Part shown: piece by piece, positions 58,779 to 64,000 of the stretch | How the letters are laid out: every line of letters begins with the position of its first letter | How positions within the stretch are numbered: the stretch's first letter is position 1 | Origin: Infirmifilum sp. | GTDB taxonomy: Archaea > Thermoproteota > Thermoprotei > Thermofilales > Thermofilaceae | Direction: 5' to 3' | DNA length: 64,000 nucleotides | NCBI GenBank assembly: GCA_041287245.1 | Contig: JBEULP010000003.1 | Coordinates: forward strand, 1 to 64,000 | Program-made: the position numbers and the translations under genes | Notes under the pieces: generated by a model | What the model was told of the DNA's origin: nothing | Database searches by the model: none | The model's input: the letters and a program-made list of their open reading frames with translations, nothing else

Positions 58779-58827
58779 TATATTCTATGCATCAATATTG
58801 TTGAATAAAAAATTGCTGTATGTGTAA

Positions 58828-61743
58828 CTACTTTACAATTATGGCGGGCCTTGCGGGTAATGCTTGTCGAGCTTTAGAGGTGTCGGAAGCCTCATCCTCG
58901 TGGAGCATGATTATCTTCTTTTGTGTCACTTGCTCGAAGAATTCTCGCGCGTCGAATAATGCTCTTTCCTCTAGATCCGGGTTGACTAGGAGGTCTAGGA
59001 TCTCGCTGTTCTTGACTATGATTTCTATGAGACTCCCAGCTTGCTTTTGACTCTCGGTTGGCAGCTGTCTAAGGGCCTCGCGTATAGCTTGCTGGAGTTT
59101 CCCGTGAGTTTTTAGGTTGCTTTTTATTCTTTCCAGGAAGTCATACTTCCATCTACTGGGTAGCACTATGACGAGTTCATTTATCTTCTCGCTTCCCACC
59201 ACCTTGAGTAGCTCCTGAATGTCCTCTAAGACCTTTTGCACTATCTTCTCAGCCCTCTCGGCCTCTTCGTTTATTTTACTACTGTCCGCGACCGGCCAAT
59301 TTTCAAACTGGATTAGGGTCTTCTTACCGAGCCTCTCCCATATTTCTTCGGCAATGTGAGGCGTAATGGGGGCCAGGATTAAGGTTTGAACTTCTATGAA
59401 CCTCTGGAGAAGTGTTTTATTTGGAACGCCGCGCCTCTTCAAGTACCATTTAAAGGAGTTTTGAAGGTGGAAGAATCCTTCTGTAATCACGTTTTTCATG
59501 TTGAGCTTCTCATACTCTTCTTCGATAATTTTCAGTGTACGGTTTAAAACACTTTCAAACCAGTCGTCTATGAACTTCCTCTGCACATCGCCCTTGCCGT
59601 AGTTCTCAACCGCGAAGCTATACCATTCGTAGAGAATATTGACCGCGTTAGACGCAAACTCAGGCTCAAAGTTACCGTCGTCTAGGCCTGTATTACCGGC
59701 GTACGCGTTGGTAAACCTTGTAACATCCGCTCCCCAGTAGTCTAGCGCCTCCCTTAACAGTATGAAGTTGCCCTTCGATTTCGACATCTTTTCTCCGGCA
59801 ACGTTGATCCAGCCGTTTATTGCAATGCCCCTGGGCCAATGCTCAGGTGGGAAGATAGCGACGTGGTGCATTATGAAAAACACTAGGTGGTTCGGAATAA
59901 GGTCCTTGCCTGAGACGCGTAGGTCAACAGGATACCAGTAGAGGAACTCTGCGCGTATTTTCTTCAAAAGCTCCGGGTCTATGCCGAGCTTCTCAGCAAC
60001 AGCGTTTAAGTCCCCCCTCCCGAGGAACACATAGTCATAGAAAGAGCGGTCTATACGGTCCCAATTTATCCCATAAGCCTCAGGGTGCTGGAGATACTTC
60101 GAAATAGTGTAGTAAGCCATGTAAATGGTTGAGTCGCTTAGTGACTCTAGAACCCACTTCTCATCCCAGGGCAAAGGAGTCCCAAGCTCCCGCTCATGCG
60201 TACAGGCCCAATCTTCGTACCAATCGACCAGCCTGTGGAACTCGCTCTTTAGCTCTGGTGGGAGAAATAGCATCGCCTCTATACATTTATGCGCCTTAGC
60301 CTTCCACTCTGGGTCACTGTAGCGTAAAAACCACTGATCCTCGACGATTTTTACATGTGTACGCGTCCCACACCGACAGTAGACTGGCCTGGGGAGTGTG
60401 TAGTGACGCAGAGCATAGCCGCTCCTAACAAGAAACTCTATAACCTGCTCCTTAACCTCAAAAACCCTCTTCCCGCCCCACTCCTCGCCATACACCTCTT
60501 TTCGGAGAACCCCATTATAGAACTCTTTCGAGTAAATCTCCTTAGTAGCCTCCTCTAGTTTTTCTTTCTCGCCCTGGAATACTATCCCATGTTTCCTAAC
60601 TATAGTCTCCGCGGGATATTCACCGTAGCCTTCGAGCACTATTAAGCTGACCGGCTTAACCGCATCAATTATTGTCGGGTCTACCCCATACTTGTCTAGA
60701 AGGTTGGGATCCCTCCTTAGATCCTCCAAGGCAACCCAGTCGTAGGGGGCATGAGCCGGTACCGACATTACAACCCCAGTCCCCGCCTCAGCATCCACAA
60801 ACGTTGCTGGGAGAACAGGTATCCTCGCCTTAGTGACAGGATTCTCTACAAACCTACCTACAAGCTCGCGCCCCCTTATCCTTCCGAGCACGCTAACCCT
60901 ATGCCCCTGATCGGCCAGTTCTGAAGCTCCATAACTGCCTAAGACAAACCTCTCGCCGTCAACGTTAACAACCAGATACTCCGAATCGGGGTTAACCCAA
61001 ATGTTCACCGCGCCGTAAACCGTCTCAGGCCTGTAGGTGAGGCATGGATATGTAAGCCCATCCTCCCCCTTGAACTTGATAATTACAACTTTCTCTGGAC
61101 CTATACCTGCATACTCATCCGGCCTGTCATGGTCGCCCACAACTTTATGCTCCTTTGGACACCATACCACCGGGTGGGATCCCCTGGTTACATAGCCGTT
61201 TTCACGCAAGACGCTATACTGCCACTGGATGAACTTGTTATACGGAGGGTTAAGATACGTGGTGAAAAACTCTCTCCTCCAGTCCACTGAGAGGCCATAC
61301 CTTGTGAAGTCCTCTCTAAACCCCTTGGAGAAGAACCGGACCCAGTACTCCGGGTCCCTAAACCTGGGAATCTCGTCATCACTAATCCCCATGGACTTCA
61401 AAATACCAATCTGCTTAGGATCCCCCTCCCTAACCCTCAGCGCTGCCGCCACAATCGGTCCTCCTGTAGCATGCCAGCCCTGCGCAAAGAGCACATTGTA
61501 GCCCTTCATCCTCTTGTAGCGTGCAACTATGTCTACACGAAGAACAGTATACGCCGTGCCAAGGTGGGGGTAAGAATTGATATACGGGTAAGGGAAAGTG
61601 ATGAAGAACTTTGGCTTCGAGTCGTCAGGCTCTGCCTCAAAAACCTTGAGGTCGGACCATCTTTTTTGCCACTTAGCCTCAATACTCTTCAGAAAATCCC
61701 TCCTTTCAACGTTGACCGGTGGGAATTGTAGCCTTCTAGCAAT
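58828..61743 (-). CDS. leuS: Leucyl-tRNA synthetase; start lies upstream of the tracked ORF at a non-canonical codon (ATT 61743 or CTG 61692)
   Basis: Frame stays open for 78 codons above Met 61509 and encodes IEAKWQKRW and FFITFPYPYINSYPHLGT (HIGH region); downstream CP1 GTGVVMSVPAHAPYD, ESLSDSTIY, KMSKS. Confidence 0.95.
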   Translation of the reverse strand: MARRLQFPPVNVERRDFLKSIEAKWQKRWSDLKVFEAEPDDSKPKFFITFPYPYINSYPHLGTAYTVLRVDIVARYKRMKGYNVLFAQGWHATGGPIVAAALRVREGDPKQIGILKSMGISDDEIPRFRDPEYWVRFFSKGFREDFTRYGLSVDWRREFFTTYLNPPYNKFIQWQYSVLRENGYVTRGSHPVVWCPKEHKVVGDHDRPDEYAGIGPEKVVIIKFKGEDGLTYPCLTYRPETVYGAVNIWVNPDSEYLVVNVDGERFVLGSYGASELADQGHRVSVLGRIRGRELVGRFVENPVTKARIPVLPATFVDAEAGTGVVMSVPAHAPYDWVALEDLRRDPNLLDKYGVDPTIIDAVKPVSLIVLEGYGEYPAETIVRKHGIVFQGEKEKLEEATKEIYSKEFYNGVLRKEVYGEEWGGKRVFEVKEQVIEFLVRSGYALRHYTLPRPVYCRCGTRTHVKIVEDQWFLRYSDPEWKAKAHKCIEAMLFLPPELKSEFHRLVDWYEDWACTHERELGTPLPWDEKWVLESLSDSTIYMAYYTISKYLQHPEAYGINWDRIDRSFYDYVFLGRGDLNAVAEKLGIDPELLKKIRAEFLYWYPVDLRVSGKDLIPNHLVFFIMHHVAIFPPEHWPRGIAINGWINVAGEKMSKSKGNFILLREALDYWGADVTRFTNAYAGNTGLDDGNFEPEFASNAVNILYEWYSFAVENYGKGDVQRKFIDDWFESVLNRTLKIIEEEYEKLNMKNVITEGFFHLQNSFKWYLKRRGVPNKTLLQRFIEVQTLILAPITPHIAEEIWERLGKKTLIQFENWPVADSSKINEEAERAEKIVQKVLEDIQELLKVVGSEKINELVIVLPSRWKYDFLERIKSNLKTHGKLQQAIREALRQLPTESQKQAGSLIEIIVKNSEILDLLVNPDLEERALFDAREFFEQVTQKKIIMLHEDEASDTSKARQALPARPAIIVK

Positions 61744-61776
61744 CAGCCCTCACCCTAACCCCCTATACCATTTGTT

Positions 61777-62025
61777 TTAAAAAGTATTTTGACCCCCCTT
61801 TTCCTGAACCACGCCGAGGTAGTCGTAAATATCTCCCTTTCGCACCATCTCCTCATAAACATGCCAAACACGCTTCGGCGTGACGAGCCCCGAGTAAAAC
61901 CCCTTCTCCTCCAGCTTTTCACGAACCCGATCGACGAAATCATCCGGCTTTACGAGAGGGTCTCTTCCTAAAACCTCCAGTATAACCTCACGTATATCTT
62001 CGTTGTGCGGATAAGGTTTCTTCAT
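61777..62025 (-). CDS. Small hypothetical protein, possibly winged helix
   Basis: 82-aa ORF with TTTAAATA upstream; same strand, directly ahead of leuS. Confidence 0.7.
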   Translation of the reverse strand: MKKPYPHNEDIREVILEVLGRDPLVKPDDFVDRVREKLEEKGFYSGLVTPKRVWHVYEEMVRKGDIYDYLGVVQEKGGQNTF

Positions 62026-62081
62026 AAACCTTAATTGCTATCCGAAAAATATTTAAATTTCGTTACGCGAGGATTCTTATA

Positions 62082-62675
62082 ATGGAGTTTATCCGAAAAC
62101 TGCACGATTTTATTCACTTCCGTATTCACACCCCCTTTGGCAGAACTCTCCTTCCAGGAGTTGCGAGGAGATATATAGCTACCAACCTTTACGACGGAAC
62201 CCTGCTAGCCCTTGGCACCGTCGTAAGCTCATTGCTTCTCAAACTCCCACCAAGGGAAACTGCGTTTAACGGAGTAGTTATAGGCTTCTCTTCTCTCGTC
62301 TCCGGCTTCATGGGCGCTTTTCTAGTAGAGAGAGCGGAGCTCACCCGCGAGATCAGCGAACTTGAAAAGCACCTCTTCATCCGCATAGGGAAAAGACACG
62401 TATATATGACAGGGATTATCCTCAGCTTGCTCAACGCGGCTAGCACTTCAACCCCCATATTCCTCTCAATGACACCCTATGTCCTAGCCTATTTTGGATT
62501 CCTACCCGTAGAGCTCGCTCCCCCAGTGGCACTGATAATAACCTTGCTGCTTCTATCTTTGCTAGGTTTCTTTCTAGGGCATATCGCCAACGAAAACCCC
62601 GCGCGCACGAGTGCGCTAACGATCCTGTCCGGCCTCGTAATATTACTCTTCGAGATGCTTCTTGAGGGACGTTAG
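62082..62675 (+). CDS. VIT1/CCC1-like membrane protein (TIGR00267-like)
   Basis: RRY...N..DG.L, SG..GA.LVERAE...LE; several TM helices. Confidence 0.8.
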   Translation: MEFIRKLHDFIHFRIHTPFGRTLLPGVARRYIATNLYDGTLLALGTVVSSLLLKLPPRETAFNGVVIGFSSLVSGFMGAFLVERAELTREISELEKHLFIRIGKRHVYMTGIILSLLNAASTSTPIFLSMTPYVLAYFGFLPVELAPPVALIITLLLLSLLGFFLGHIANENPARTSALTILSGLVILLFEMLLEGR

Positions 62676-62712
62676 CTTTAATAAAAGACTGCTCGGATAA
62701 GTTATTACCGGT

Positions 62713-62973
62713 ATGGGCACGCCGAGAATCACCCGAATGGTTATCGACACTTTAAAACCGCGCGATGTCTCGATCGTCGAGATAGCACATTCCCTAATAA
62801 ACCTAAACTCCATCACCCACGTCGAAATCAACGTCGCTGAGATCGACGTGAAAACGGAAACCCTAAGGATTACCCTCGTCGGTGAAAATATCGATCTCAA
62901 GGAAGTCGAGAAAACACTCGAAAAACATGCTGCAGTGATTCGAAGCATCGATTTTGTAGCCGCGGAAAAATAG
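62713..62973 (+). CDS. DUF211 family protein
   Basis: R.VID.LKP, EIDV.T, G.NID, AVIRSID.V. Confidence 0.85.
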   Translation: MGTPRITRMVIDTLKPRDVSIVEIAHSLINLNSITHVEINVAEIDVKTETLRITLVGENIDLKEVEKTLEKHAAVIRSIDFVAAEK

Positions 62974-63879
62974 GTGGTTTTCCTGTCGCTTCTCGATGTA
63001 TATTTCTCGCCTCCCAGCCCGCCTCTCTTCGGCAGGTATGGTGGTAAAGACGAGAAAGTCGTCGTCATGGGAGTGCCCTTCGACTCCGCCGCTACGAGAA
63101 CGCCTGGACAGAGGTTTGCTCCAAGAAAGATACGCGAAGTCTCCGTTGAGCTGGAGACTTTTTCCCCGGAGCTTGGCGTATATGTGGAGGAGCTGGGATA
63201 TAGCGACGCGGGGGACTTGCCTATACTAACGGACTTTCAGGTAATGGATGAGGTTGTCTCAAAAGTGGTGCGAGAACTTATTGAAGCGGATAGGTCTACG
63301 ATAGTGCTGGGCGGGGACCACCTTGTGAGCTTTCCTGTTATTCGCGAATACGCCCTGCACTTTGAAAAACTCCTTGTTGTGGTTTTTGACGCCCACCTAG
63401 ATCTCCGCGATGAATATCCTCTCAGAACCAGGTTTTCACACGCGACGGTTATGAGAAGACTACTTGAAAGTACCGAGAATATCTCTATAGCATATTTCAG
63501 CCCACGCGCCTTCTCGAAGGAAGAATACGAATACGCCAGGAAATCTAAACGTGTTTATCTCGTGAAAACCGCCTCGGAGCTTGAAAAGCTCCTCGGCTCT
63601 TTTAATAATGTATATGTCTCGCTAGATATCGACAGCATAGACCCAGCTTTTGCTCCTGGAACAGGAACTCCAGAGCCTATAGGGCTAACACCTCAGACGG
63701 TTGCCAGCGTCTTGAAAATTATAGCTGAGCGCTCTAGAAGGGTTGTTGGTCTTGACTTGGTGGAGGTTAACCCTCTTGTAGATTGCAACGATATAACCTC
63801 TCTTACAGCTGCAAAGCTAATAATGGAGTTCCTCTTTTCGTTTGCCGCAACGAGAAGCCTGCGTGCACTCACAGGATGA
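62974..63879 (+). CDS. speB: Agmatinase (ureohydrolase family)
   Basis: GGDH, FDAHLD, SLDIDSIDPAFAPGTGTPEP.G, DLVEVNP. Confidence 0.93.
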   Translation: MVFLSLLDVYFSPPSPPLFGRYGGKDEKVVVMGVPFDSAATRTPGQRFAPRKIREVSVELETFSPELGVYVEELGYSDAGDLPILTDFQVMDEVVSKVVRELIEADRSTIVLGGDHLVSFPVIREYALHFEKLLVVVFDAHLDLRDEYPLRTRFSHATVMRRLLESTENISIAYFSPRAFSKEEYEYARKSKRVYLVKTASELEKLLGSFNNVYVSLDIDSIDPAFAPGTGTPEPIGLTPQTVASVLKIIAERSRRVVGLDLVEVNPLVDCNDITSLTAAKLIMEFLFSFAATRSLRALTG

Positions 63880-64000
63880 GGAGGGGGACCCAGCTTAGAA
63901 AGGCTATAACCGCTAAGAGTAGCCCGTCACGAACGTTGTATTTTGTGGCGACCGACAGGCTTTTCAGCCTGGAACCGTCCATGAAGAGGGTGTTTACGGG

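Noticed and set aside
63880..64000. Possible truncated minus-strand ORF at the window edge
   Set aside because: Too little sequence to choose a frame or product

Overview
Core-genome region of a hyperthermophilic crenarchaeon. Reverse gyrase, TATA-proximal gene starts and many tRNA introns at non-canonical positions point to Thermoproteales, probably Thermofilaceae (inference). The window is densely packed with informational genes: replication/repair (ligase, FEN1, GINS23-MCM-Hel308, Cdc6/Orc1, reverse gyrase, DnaG), translation (r-proteins, aIF1A, aIF5B, aIF5A, deoxyhypusine synthase, Ser/Trp/Leu-tRNA synthetases), exosome/proteasome, and a porGDAB operon. RNA genes comprise 10 tRNAs (9 with introns, 2 of them with two), SRP RNA and RNase P RNA. 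I found no CRISPR array, integrase or transposase. Most of the unexplained signal is non-coding: (1) leuS has no ATG/GTG/TTG ahead of its HIGH-motif region and appears to start at ATT or CTG; (2) five candidate box C/D guides, one co-transcribed just 5' of tRNA-Arg with a guide complementary to the 16S anti-Shine-Dalgarno end, and one matching tRNA-Leu(CAA) C34; (3) an H/ACA-like hairpin upstream of dnaG; (4) an RNase P RNA whose P4 helix lacks the conserved bulged U; (5) a 130-nt element with perfect 21-bp terminal inverted repeats; (6) a 17-21-bp intergenic repeat in four copies, plus recurrent (CG)n runs; (7) a 75-bp exact duplication of a tRNA-Ser promoter and 5' end bracketing cdc6. rRNA and tRNA target matches rely on recalled consensus sequences and are unverified.
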